The notes beneath the pieces are model-generated. The model was not told the origin of the DNA. It searched no databases and saw only the letters and a program-made list of their open reading frames with translations. From assembly GCA_963741945.1 (NCBI GenBank), contig CAVUKA010000002.1, positions 111,730-175,729 on the forward strand: a stretch of 64,000 bases of DNA. The letters are read 5' to 3'. Positions 39,863 to 48,712 of this stretch are shown here, in pieces (positions within the stretch are counted from its first letter, which is position 1; each line of letters starts with the position of its first letter). This DNA comes from an uncultured Gemmatimonadales bacterium (lineage in GTDB: Bacteria; Gemmatimonadota; Gemmatimonadetes; Longimicrobiales; RSA9). The position numbers were made by a program, and so were the translations under genes.

Positions 39863-41176
39863 TCACCCGTCCACGAGGGCGCCCTGCCCCTGCCGGACGG
39901 CCGCGTCCTTCAGCGCGGCCAGGAAGCGGGAGCGGAGCAGGTCGCTCATGAGCGCGCGCTTCACCGGCGGGATGCGGAGGAAGCCGCCGACCACGGCCCG
40001 GGCGAACCCCTGGGTCAGGCTGGAGGGGTCATCGAAGAGCTGGTTCTGGAGCGTGCCCCGCTCGAGGCACTGGAGGATGATCCTCTCGAACGTGGTCTCG
40101 GGGTGCAGCACACGCTGCTCGCGCTGCGTCAGGCGCATGGCGCCCGGCTTGCACCGGACCGTGCACACGCCGCAGCCGAGGCACAGCTCCTGGTTCACCA
40201 CCGGCCGGCCGAACTTGCGGTACTTCGGGTCGGGGTCGGGGATCCGGTCGATGGCGCCGATGGGGCACTGGCGTGAGCAGATCCCGCACCCGATGCACTT
40301 CTCCGGGTCCGACTCCGCGATCCAGTTGGACGTGACCACGGCATTGGTGTAGCCGTGGCGGTTGATGCCGCCCAGCACGTTGCAGCAGCAGCCGCAGCAA
40401 TGACAGAAGAAGCTGACGCCGCGCTGCACGTTGTCGGCGTTGATGACCAGCCCCAGCTCCCGCGACCGGTCCACGTTCTCCAGCATCTCCTGCTTCGAGA
40501 CCTCCCGGGCCAGACCGTTCCGGACCATGTAGTCCACGGAGCGGGCGCCGAGCGTCGAGCACGTCTCCAGCGGGGCATCGCAGTCGTTCGCGCCCAGGTG
40601 GCGGTGCTCGTGGCGGCACGAGCAGAGCCCGATGGCGAAGCGGTCGGTGGCCTCCACGATGGCCGACGCCTTCTCGTAGTCGAACACCTCCACGTACTCC
40701 TCGGGACGGACGGAGCCATCGTGCGGCACCGCGCGCATGATGGAGACGCGCTTGCCATCCCCGAACATGGCCTCCGCGAACGGCCCCTCCTCCAGGTAGT
40801 CCCGGAAGAGCGCGGCCCACTCTTCGTACGGCAGTCTCCCGCCCGTGCGCATCATGGTGAACTCGAAGACGCCGATCACCATGGGCGACGGAGCATAGCG
40901 GAACCGGCCGCCCGCCCACACGTCGATGACCAGGCCGCGCGGGCAGAGGCTGGCCAGCAGCCGCTCGAGATCGGCGCGGGGAGTCCCCGTGACGCGTTCC
41001 AGCCGCCCGAGGGTGGAGAAGCCCCACGGCATGGCCGCCACCAGGCGCGCATCCTCCTCGCCGTACAGCGCTTCCAGCAGCGCGCGAAGCGTGTCGCTCC
41101 ACGGCGCCCGGGCGCTCAGCCCATCGAGCTTGCGGCCGAGCTGACGGTACACGTCCTTGCCCACGGTGTGTCCCAT
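39863..41176 (-). CDS. 4Fe-4S dicluster-domain protein
   Basis: CSCRH, CHCCGCCC, CIGCGICSRQCP, CLGCGVCTVRC. Confidence 0.88.
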   Translation of the reverse strand: MGHTVGKDVYRQLGRKLDGLSARAPWSDTLRALLEALYGEEDARLVAAMPWGFSTLGRLERVTGTPRADLERLLASLCPRGLVIDVWAGGRFRYAPSPMVIGVFEFTMMRTGGRLPYEEWAALFRDYLEEGPFAEAMFGDGKRVSIMRAVPHDGSVRPEEYVEVFDYEKASAIVEATDRFAIGLCSCRHEHRHLGANDCDAPLETCSTLGARSVDYMVRNGLAREVSKQEMLENVDRSRELGLVINADNVQRGVSFFCHCCGCCCNVLGGINRHGYTNAVVTSNWIAESDPEKCIGCGICSRQCPIGAIDRIPDPDPKYRKFGRPVVNQELCLGCGVCTVRCKPGAMRLTQREQRVLHPETTFERIILQCLERGTLQNQLFDDPSSLTQGFARAVVGGFLRIPPVKRALMSDLLRSRFLAALKDAAVRQGQGALVDG

Positions 41177-41211
41177 TGCGACCCTCCACTCGAGCCGTGC
41201 TCAGCCCGCGC

Positions 41212-44200
41212 TCACCGGCCGGCCGGCGCCGCCCGGCTCAGCGTCTGCCACTTCGCCATCACTTCCGCCGCATCCGTCCGGGCCGCGTCGCACGCCGCCA
41301 CTTCCCGGGCCGTGGGCGCCACGTCCGCGTCCTGCATGGCCATGGCCGCCCGCATCATCGCCTGGCTCACGCTCTCCAGCGTGGGCGGGCCGGAAGGCGC
41401 ACCGCCGAAGTAGCGGCGCCCCCGCGCGTCCGGCACGGGCGCCGGCGCCAGCGCCTCCACGCGCTTCCGCAGCGCCACGGCTTCCGCGTCCGTCGCCCCG
41501 TCGAGCCGAGCGACGAGCGCCCGCGCCTGCTGGTACGCCGCGTGGGCCGCCATGGCCCCGTCGTACATCGCGCGCGTGAGCGCGGCCAGCCGGTCCAGGT
41601 CCGCCGCGGGAGTGGTGACCCGCGGATCCAGGCGGAGCGACAGCGGCTGCGTGGACGTCCGGCCGGCCGCCGTGAGTCGGACCGCGTACGCTCCCGCCGG
41701 CGCCCACGGCGCCTCCACCGACGGATAGGTGTGGTGCGGCACCGCCCCCTCCCCGCTCGCTTCACGCGGCTCGGGCCCGATGGGATCGAAGCGCAGGTCC
41801 CAGCCGAACCGGTGCATCCCCGCCCGCGTGGACAGCACCCGCTGTGGCGCCGGCCAGTACAGCGGCACGTTGCAGTTCGGCGCGTCCGGGTCCTCGCGGC
41901 AGACGCGGTCGTAGCCCTCGGGGTCGAGCGCCGGGTCGGGCTCGAGCACCGGGTCGTCGCTCGAGTAGGAGCGGATGACCGTCCCGCCGGCATCGAGCAC
42001 CTCGAGCGTGACCGGCCCCGCCACGTCCTCGGCCAGGTAGTAGTCGATGATCCCGCCGGCCGGCGGGTTCTCCCCCGCGGGCAGCTCCGGCGGCCATTCG
42101 GTCGGGTCGTTCGTGCCGAAGCGCACGCGCACGGCCGTGGCCGGCCGGAACAGGTAGGCGACGCCGGGTCCGGCCTCGGTGCTGGCGTCGCCGGCGCCGC
42201 CGGCAGCCCCTGCGCCGAACCGGCCCGCCGTGGCGGCCGCGGCGTCCGCCGCCTGCCGCAGCGGGGTCACGTCGTCCAGGATCCAGAAGCCCCGGCCGTG
42301 CGTGCCCGCCACCAGGTCCGAGCAGAGGCAGGTGGAATCGTCCTTCACCTGGATGTCGCGCACGGAGATGGCCGGCATGTTCAGCCGCAGCGAGTGCCAC
42401 ACGCCGCCGTCGTCGAACGAGACCCAGACCTGCGTCTCCGTGGCGGCGTACAGCAGCCCCGGCGTGCGCGGGTCCTCCCGGATCGAGTTCGCCACCGCGC
42501 CCGGCGTCAGGCCGCCGTCGATCTCCGTCCACGTCTTCCCGCCATCGTGGGTGCGGAAGAAGTGCGGGTCCATGTCGTCGATCCGCATGGTGTTGGCCGC
42601 GGCGTACGCGGTCCCCGTATCGAAATGCCCGGCCTCAATGTTGAAGATCCGGGTCCACGGCGCGATGACCGGCGGCGTGACGTTGCGCCAGTGTGCGCCG
42701 CCGTCCGTGGTCACCTGGATGTTGCCGTCATCGGTGCCCGCCCAGATCACGTCCACGTCCAGCGGCGACGCGCTGAGCGCGGTGATCGTCCCCTGCGCGC
42801 TCGCTTCCACGTGCTTCGCGTACTTCCCCGCGCTGGCCGGCACTTTCCACGACTCCCGGGCCAGGTCGGGGCTGATGCGCGTCCAGGAATGGCCGTGGTC
42901 GGTGCTCTTCCACACCACGTTGGACGTGTAGAAAAGCACGTCCGGGTCCACTGGCGACCACTCGATCGGCATGGTCCGCACGTCACGGTTGAACGGCCCG
43001 CCCCGCGGCCCCATGTCCGGGCCCACGTGGTTCGTCTGACGCGTCCGCCGGTCGTACAGCGACACGTCCGTGCGCGCGCTGCCGTACACCAGGGCCGGGT
43101 CCCGCGGGTCGGGCGCCGCGATGCCGTACTCCTGGATGTTCACCGGATGCCAGTCGTGGAACGTGATCTCGCCGTCGTCCGACCGGCTCTGCACGCACGC
43201 CGAGCCCGCGTCCTGCTGGCCGCCGCACACCCGGTACGGGAACGCGTTGTCCGTGCTCACGTGGTACATGGCCGCCGTGGGCTGGTTGTACCAGTTGCTC
43301 CACGACTCGCCGCCGTTCGTCGAGATCACCGCGCCCTGGTCCGAAACGGTGAAGATGACGTTCGGATCGTCCGGGTGGATCCAGATCTTCTGGTAGTCGT
43401 CGCCGCCGTAGGCGCCGCGCACCGCCGACCAGTGCTCGCCCCCGTCCCGGCTCCGCCACATCACCACCGTGGCGCTGTACACGGTATTCGGGTCCTTCGG
43501 GTCCACCGTGATGGTGGGGAGGTCACCCCCGCCGATGCGACGCAGCGGCCGCGCGTCCACGTGCGCCGTGGCCTCGCCCACCGGCCCCGCCGGCACGTCC
43601 ACCGGCGTCCAGTGCTCGCCACCGTCGGTGGACCTGTAGAAGCCCACCACGCCCGTGACACCACCATCCCGGCCCGCGCCCGAGACGGTGCCCGGGCCGG
43701 CCGCGGCCGCGTCGATCGACCGCGGCGTCCCCGCCACCATGGCGTACACGGTCCGCGGGTCGCTCGGCGCCACCGCCAGATTGGCCTCGATCACGTTGGG
43801 CAGCCCCGCCGTCAGCGGCCGCCACGTGTCGCCGCCATCGGTGGACTTGAAAATCCCCGTGCCGTTGCCCGCACCGCCGAACTCCGCGCTCTCCCGGAAC
43901 CCCTCCTGCTGCTGCCAGAGCGTGGCGTAGATGGTGTTCGGGTCCAACGGGTCCATCACCACGTCGTTCCCGCTGGTGTACTCGTCGCGGTAGAGCACTT
44001 TCTCGAACGTCTTCCCGCCATCCACCGACCGGAAGATCCCGCGCTCCGGGTTCGGCCCGTACGGGTGTCCCAGCGCGGCGACGAAGAGCCGGTCCGGGTT
44101 CGTCGGGTCCACCACCACGTCCGCGATCATCTGCGTCTCGCGCAGCCCCAGATGCGTCCACGTCCGCCCCGCGTCCGTGGACCTGTACACCCCGTCACCC

Positions 44201-44577
44201 GTGGCCAGGTCCGGCCGGATGATCCCCGCGCCGCTCCCCACGTAGATCACGTCGGGGTCCGATGCGGCCACGGCGATGGCGCCGATGGAGCCCGTGGGCT
44301 GGTCGTCGAAGATCGGCTGCCACGTCGAGCCGTAATCCGTGGTGCGCCAGATCCCGCCATTGTCGAAGCCGGCATAGAACACCGTCGGGTTCCCCGGCAC
44401 GGCCGCCAGCGCCCTCGTGCGACCGCCACGCACGGGTCCGATGGAGCGCCAGTGCATGTCGGAATAGAACGCGGGCCCGGGCGCGGCGTCCCGGGTCGGC
44501 GTCTGCGCCGCGGCGAACGACGCGGCCACGGAAAGGAACGCGAGAGCCGCTGCGATGCGGCTGAAGAGCGTGCGCAC
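41212..44577 (-). CDS. Secreted VPS10/BNR (Asp-box) repeat beta-propeller protein
   Basis: AGGAGG RBS then GTG; WRSIGPVRGGR; many S/T-D-G-G-x-T-W Asp-boxes; CGGQQD. Confidence 0.9.
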   Translation of the reverse strand: MRTLFSRIAAALAFLSVAASFAAAQTPTRDAAPGPAFYSDMHWRSIGPVRGGRTRALAAVPGNPTVFYAGFDNGGIWRTTDYGSTWQPIFDDQPTGSIGAIAVAASDPDVIYVGSGAGIIRPDLATGDGVYRSTDAGRTWTHLGLRETQMIADVVVDPTNPDRLFVAALGHPYGPNPERGIFRSVDGGKTFEKVLYRDEYTSGNDVVMDPLDPNTIYATLWQQQEGFRESAEFGGAGNGTGIFKSTDGGDTWRPLTAGLPNVIEANLAVAPSDPRTVYAMVAGTPRSIDAAAAGPGTVSGAGRDGGVTGVVGFYRSTDGGEHWTPVDVPAGPVGEATAHVDARPLRRIGGGDLPTITVDPKDPNTVYSATVVMWRSRDGGEHWSAVRGAYGGDDYQKIWIHPDDPNVIFTVSDQGAVISTNGGESWSNWYNQPTAAMYHVSTDNAFPYRVCGGQQDAGSACVQSRSDDGEITFHDWHPVNIQEYGIAAPDPRDPALVYGSARTDVSLYDRRTRQTNHVGPDMGPRGGPFNRDVRTMPIEWSPVDPDVLFYTSNVVWKSTDHGHSWTRISPDLARESWKVPASAGKYAKHVEASAQGTITALSASPLDVDVIWAGTDDGNIQVTTDGGAHWRNVTPPVIAPWTRIFNIEAGHFDTGTAYAAANTMRIDDMDPHFFRTHDGGKTWTEIDGGLTPGAVANSIREDPRTPGLLYAATETQVWVSFDDGGVWHSLRLNMPAISVRDIQVKDDSTCLCSDLVAGTHGRGFWILDDVTPLRQAADAAAATAGRFGAGAAGGAGDASTEAGPGVAYLFRPATAVRVRFGTNDPTEWPPELPAGENPPAGGIIDYYLAEDVAGPVTLEVLDAGGTVIRSYSSDDPVLEPDPALDPEGYDRVCREDPDAPNCNVPLYWPAPQRVLSTRAGMHRFGWDLRFDPIGPEPREASGEGAVPHHTYPSVEAPWAPAGAYAVRLTAAGRTSTQPLSLRLDPRVTTPAADLDRLAALTRAMYDGAMAAHAAYQQARALVARLDGATDAEAVALRKRVEALAPAPVPDARGRRYFGGAPSGPPTLESVSQAMMRAAMAMQDADVAPTAREVAACDAARTDAAEVMAKWQTLSRAAPAGR

Positions 44578-44729
44578 GGGCAGCACCTCCTGGAGGATTA
44601 CGGCAGCATGCCGGATGATGTGGGCTTCCGGACGGATTTCTGGCTCAAGATGGGGATCCGTCCACCCCTCCACCAGCACGTCCCGCGCGGGTCCGCCGGA
44701 TCGATGCCCCGGGATGCTCGCGCCTGGCG

Positions 44730-45827
44730 TTACGTCCCGCGGTCCATCGGTACGCTGAAGTGGAACGTGGTGCCGCTGCCCGGGTCGCTCTCGACCCAGA
44801 TCTTCCCGCCGTGCGCTTCGACGATCCCCTTGGCGATCGAGAGCCCCAGCCCCGCACCCGCGCGCTGGCTCTTCTCCGCCTGCCAGAACCGGTCGAAGAT
44901 CCGGGGAAGATCCTCCTGCCGTATCCCGCGCCCGCTGTCGCGCACGCTGAAGACGACGTCGTCCGATCGGGCCGTCGCCTCCACCCGCACCCGGCCGCCC
45001 TCGGGGGTGTGCTCCAGCGCGTTCGAGAGGAGGTTCCCGAACACCTGCAGGATCCTGTCGAAGTCGACGACGATGGCGACGGCCGGCATCTCGCCCTCGG
45101 AGATCGCGATCGACCGTGCCTCGGCCAGCGGGGCCTGGGACTGGACCGCGGCGCGCGCCAGCTCCGCGCAGTGCCAGCGCTGCGGGGCGATCCGAAGGCC
45201 ACCCGCCTCGATGCGAGAGGCCTGGAGCAGGTCGTCGATCAAGTGCTGCATCTGATCGACCGCCCGGCGGATGATCGCCACCTGCCCCCGCTTCTTCTCC
45301 TCCGAGATGTCCTCCAGCAGGAGCGAGCTGGACATCACCATGGTGTTGAGCGGGTTCCGGAGATCGTGGCTGACCACGGCCAGGATGTGGTCCCGCTCCT
45401 TCACGGCCGCCCGGGCCTGCTCCAGGGCCCGCCGGACCTGCTCCTCCGCTTTCTTCCGCTCGGTGACGTCGACGCCGATCCCCACCTGCCGGTCATCGGT
45501 CAGCCGGATGTTCGCCCAGCTGGCGGGCACCATGGATCCGTCCTTCGCCCGCATGTCGAAATCGCGCCACTCCGGCTCGAGCGCGTCCATGAACCGCCGG
45601 ACCTCCGCCCGGTACTCCGGGTCGGGGAAACAGATCGCCATGACGTCCCCCTCCTCGAGATCTTCGGGCGTCCACCCCAGCACCCTCTCGAAGTGGCGGC
45701 TGACGAGGACGTCCCGAACGGCCGGGTCGTAGATCACGACCATGACCGGAATCTCGTTGATCAGTCGCTCCAGCAGCTCGCCGTCGCCCTCGAGGAGCTG
45801 GTCTTCCTGGATCAGCCGTGTCGCCAT
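44730..45827 (-). CDS. PAS-domain sensor histidine kinase (cytoplasmic)
   Basis: PAS..DVTERK, SHDLRNPL H-box, NLLSNA, DSGRG, GLGLSI. Confidence 0.92.
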   Translation of the reverse strand: MATRLIQEDQLLEGDGELLERLINEIPVMVVIYDPAVRDVLVSRHFERVLGWTPEDLEEGDVMAICFPDPEYRAEVRRFMDALEPEWRDFDMRAKDGSMVPASWANIRLTDDRQVGIGVDVTERKKAEEQVRRALEQARAAVKERDHILAVVSHDLRNPLNTMVMSSSLLLEDISEEKKRGQVAIIRRAVDQMQHLIDDLLQASRIEAGGLRIAPQRWHCAELARAAVQSQAPLAEARSIAISEGEMPAVAIVVDFDRILQVFGNLLSNALEHTPEGGRVRVEATARSDDVVFSVRDSGRGIRQEDLPRIFDRFWQAEKSQRAGAGLGLSIAKGIVEAHGGKIWVESDPGSGTTFHFSVPMDRGT

Positions 45828-45969
45828 GAGCCACACAGGGGCTGGGGGTCCGTATCACGAAGAATGTCAAAGATACGGCGGCGCCGCGCAGCAGGGAACG
45901 GGATTCGCGGTGGCACTCCGCCCGGCCGTGGCTTTCCATCCGGGATGAGGCCCAGGCGGCCGCTTCTCC

Positions 45970-45985
45970 TGGCGCGTGTCGTGCA
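45970..45985 (+). promoter_or_regulatory. Candidate sigma-54 promoter
   Basis: TGGCGCGTGTCGTGCA (GG-N10-GC) upstream of the TIGR02587-like gene. Confidence 0.4.
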
Positions 45986-46077
45986 TGGCGTGCCCGCAGC
46001 CCGAGCCGGAGCAGCCGTATGCACGCACAGTCGAGACACCCCGCCGCTGCCGCGCGCGGAACGGGTGAGCCGAACCC

Positions 46078-46938
46078 GTGAGCGACCGCCGCGGCGCCAG
46101 CCACTTCTGGAAGGGCATCGCCCGCGGCTTCGGCGGCGCCCTGCTCTTCTCGCTCCCGCTCTACATGACCATGGAGATGTGGTGGCTCGGGTTCTACATG
46201 AGCCCGCTCCGGCTGGCGGCGCTGCTGCTCTTCGGACTGCCCCTGCTCGTGGGGCTCGCCTCCGTCTCGGGGATCGAGAAGTCGCACGGGTTCACCGAAG
46301 CGCTCCTCGGCGGGACCACCGCCTACGGCATCGGCCTGGTTTCCAGCGCGCTGCTGCTCGGCGTCCTCGGCCTGATCGGCGCCACCGACCCGCTCTCCGA
46401 CGTGGCCGGGAAGATCGGGGTGCAGGCCCTCCCCGCCGGCATCGGAGCCTCCCTCGCCCGCAGCCAGCTCGGCGACACCGGGAGCCAGGGCAAAGCGCAG
46501 GAGCAGGACGGGCCGGGGTCATCGCGGAAGCCGCAGAAGCACGGCGGTTCCTATGTGGCCGAGCTGTTCCTGATGCTGGCCGGCGCCATCTACGTGGCGT
46601 TCAACGTTGCGCCCACACAGGAGATGAACCTGCTCTCCTACATCGCCCGGCCGGTCCACGTGCTCGCAACCGTGGTCCTGACGCTCGTGATCATGCACGC
46701 GTTCGTCTACGCGATGGACTTCCGCGGCGCCCCGTACGGAGGCGCCGACACACGCTGGTGGAGTCAGCTGCTCCGGTTCACAGTGCCCGCCTACGTGGTC
46801 GCTCTGGGCGCGAGTGCGGTGCTGCTGTGGGTATTCGGGCGTCTGGAGAGCAGCACCCTGGAATGGGTGGTCCTGCGGTCGGTGGTGCTGGGCCTGCCCG
46901 CCGGCCTCGGCGCTGCGGCCGCCCGGCTCGTCGTGTGA
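46078..46938 (+). CDS. TIGR02587/DUF2391 family membrane protein
   Basis: GGALLFSLPLYMTMEMWWLG, AFNVAPTQEM, GAAAARLVV. Confidence 0.88.
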   Translation: MSDRRGASHFWKGIARGFGGALLFSLPLYMTMEMWWLGFYMSPLRLAALLLFGLPLLVGLASVSGIEKSHGFTEALLGGTTAYGIGLVSSALLLGVLGLIGATDPLSDVAGKIGVQALPAGIGASLARSQLGDTGSQGKAQEQDGPGSSRKPQKHGGSYVAELFLMLAGAIYVAFNVAPTQEMNLLSYIARPVHVLATVVLTLVIMHAFVYAMDFRGAPYGGADTRWWSQLLRFTVPAYVVALGASAVLLWVFGRLESSTLEWVVLRSVVLGLPAGLGAAAARLVV

Positions 46939-46945
46939 GGGCACC

Positions 46946-47350
46946 GTGACGGAAACCAACGATGGCAGCGGCCACAGCAACACCCCGGCCTGGGAATGGC
47001 TGGTCGCCTCGATCAGCACCGCGCTCGTGCTGGCGCTCATCGCCTACCTCATCTACCTCGGGGTGACGGCGCCCCACACCCCGCCGCAGGTGATGGTCTC
47101 GCGCGACGCGGTCACGGCCATGGACGGCGGCTTCGTGGTCACCTTCTCCGCCCACAACACCGGCGGCGCCACGGCGGCCTCGGTGCAGGTGGACGGGGAG
47201 CTGAAAGCCGATACCGTGATCATCGAGAAGCGGAGCGCCACGCTGCGCTTCGTCCCGGCCGGCGCCACTCGCCGGGGCGGCCTGTTCTTCACCCACGACC
47301 CCCGCTCCTACCGGCTGGTGCTGAACGCGAGCGGCTACGACCGGCCCTGA
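46946..47350 (+). CDS. TIGR02588 family protein
   Basis: WEWLVASIS, NTGGATAASVQV, GGLFFTHDP..GY.RP; usual partner of TIGR02587. Confidence 0.82.
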   Translation: MTETNDGSGHSNTPAWEWLVASISTALVLALIAYLIYLGVTAPHTPPQVMVSRDAVTAMDGGFVVTFSAHNTGGATAASVQVDGELKADTVIIEKRSATLRFVPAGATRRGGLFFTHDPRSYRLVLNASGYDRP

Positions 47351-47469
47351 CCGCCCCGGATGGCCGCTTCGATGGCGGCGGCCAGCTCCCGCCGTCGGAC
47401 TCCCGGGTCCGCCCCCCGGCGCCGGCCTCGCGTTGAAGCAAACGCGCGCCTCGACCGTAGGCTGAAGTC

Positions 47470-48531
47470 ATGTACTCGACCTGTCTCTTCTGCAATTCCG
47501 ATCTCGGCCGCAACGAAGCGCTCCTCGATTTCCCGGTGGGCCGCCGGCTTGCGTTCGACCCCGTCAAGGGCCGGCTGTGGGTGGTGTGCCGCCACTGCGA
47601 GCGGTGGAACCTCGCCCCGCTCGAGGAGCAATGGGAGGCTCTGGAGCAGGCGGAGCGGCGCTACCGCGACGCGAAGCAGCGCGTGTCCACCGAGAACATG
47701 GGGCTCGCCCGTCTCCCGGACCGCACCGAGCTGGTGCGGATCGGACGCCCGATGCGCCCCGAGTACGCCGCGTGGCGCTACGGCGACCAGTTCGGAAGAC
47801 GACGCCGGCGTCGCATGCTCGTCGCGGGCGGCGGCGTCGCGGCTCTCGGCGCGGTGCTCGCGGGCGGAGCCGTGGCCGGGATGAGCGTGGCGGCGTTCGG
47901 CGGCGCCATCGGGCAGGGCATCAACACCATCGTACACGGCCGCCCGAACGCCGTGGTGGCCCGGCTCCGGACGGAGAGCGCGGGCACGATCGCGGTGCGG
48001 CGTCGCCACCTCGCCGAGACCCGGCTGGTGCCCGGCACGGACGCGCCGCTCGCGCTGCACGTCCGCTTCAAGAACGGACAGGCGCGGCTCGAGGGACGCG
48101 AAGCGCTGCGCGTGGCCGGCGCGCTCATGCCCCACGTCAACCGTTTCGGCGGGAAATCGGCGATCGTGCAGTCCGCCGTCCGCTCCCTCGACGAGGCCGG
48201 CGGCGCCGACGGCTACCTGGAACGGCTCAGCCGCTACGCCTCCGACGCCACCACGGTGCCGGTCCGCCGCCTGACCGGCAGGCGGAAGCCCCGCCAGCAC
48301 GGCCTGCGCGGCGGCTACACCAGCGGCCTCTACGGCCTGACCCCGCCCGACCGCCTCGCCCTGGAAATGGCCCTCCACGAGGAGGCCGAGATGCGCGCGC
48401 TGCGGGGCGAGCTCGCCGACCTCGAGCGCGCCTGGCGCGAGGCCGAGGAGGTCGCCGCCATCAGCGACGACATCCTCACGCCGGCGCCCGTCCGCGCGGC
48501 GCTCGAGCGGCTGCGCGGGTTCATCGGCTGA
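47470..48531 (+). CDS. Hypothetical protein with N-terminal Zn-ribbon, a TM segment and a C-terminal coiled coil
   Basis: MYSTCLFC...RLAFDP.KGRLWVVCRHCERWNL, WRYGDQF, LALEMALHEE; TAGGCT box 6 nt upstream. Confidence 0.8.
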   Translation: MYSTCLFCNSDLGRNEALLDFPVGRRLAFDPVKGRLWVVCRHCERWNLAPLEEQWEALEQAERRYRDAKQRVSTENMGLARLPDRTELVRIGRPMRPEYAAWRYGDQFGRRRRRRMLVAGGGVAALGAVLAGGAVAGMSVAAFGGAIGQGINTIVHGRPNAVVARLRTESAGTIAVRRRHLAETRLVPGTDAPLALHVRFKNGQARLEGREALRVAGALMPHVNRFGGKSAIVQSAVRSLDEAGGADGYLERLSRYASDATTVPVRRLTGRRKPRQHGLRGGYTSGLYGLTPPDRLALEMALHEEAEMRALRGELADLERAWREAEEVAAISDDILTPAPVRAALERLRGFIG

Positions 48532-48712
48532 GCGGGGCGGAGCCCCGCCGGGGACCGCACACACCACCGGCCGTGCCCCCGGGGCGGGAAATCGCGATAT
48601 TGAGGGTCGCCCGACGCCTGATCCCCGCCCCCCACCGGGAGCGTTCATGAGGTCGACCCGCCGGGCGACCCCGTTCATCTCGTGCTGACACGCCAACGGG
48701 AGGCGCGACCCC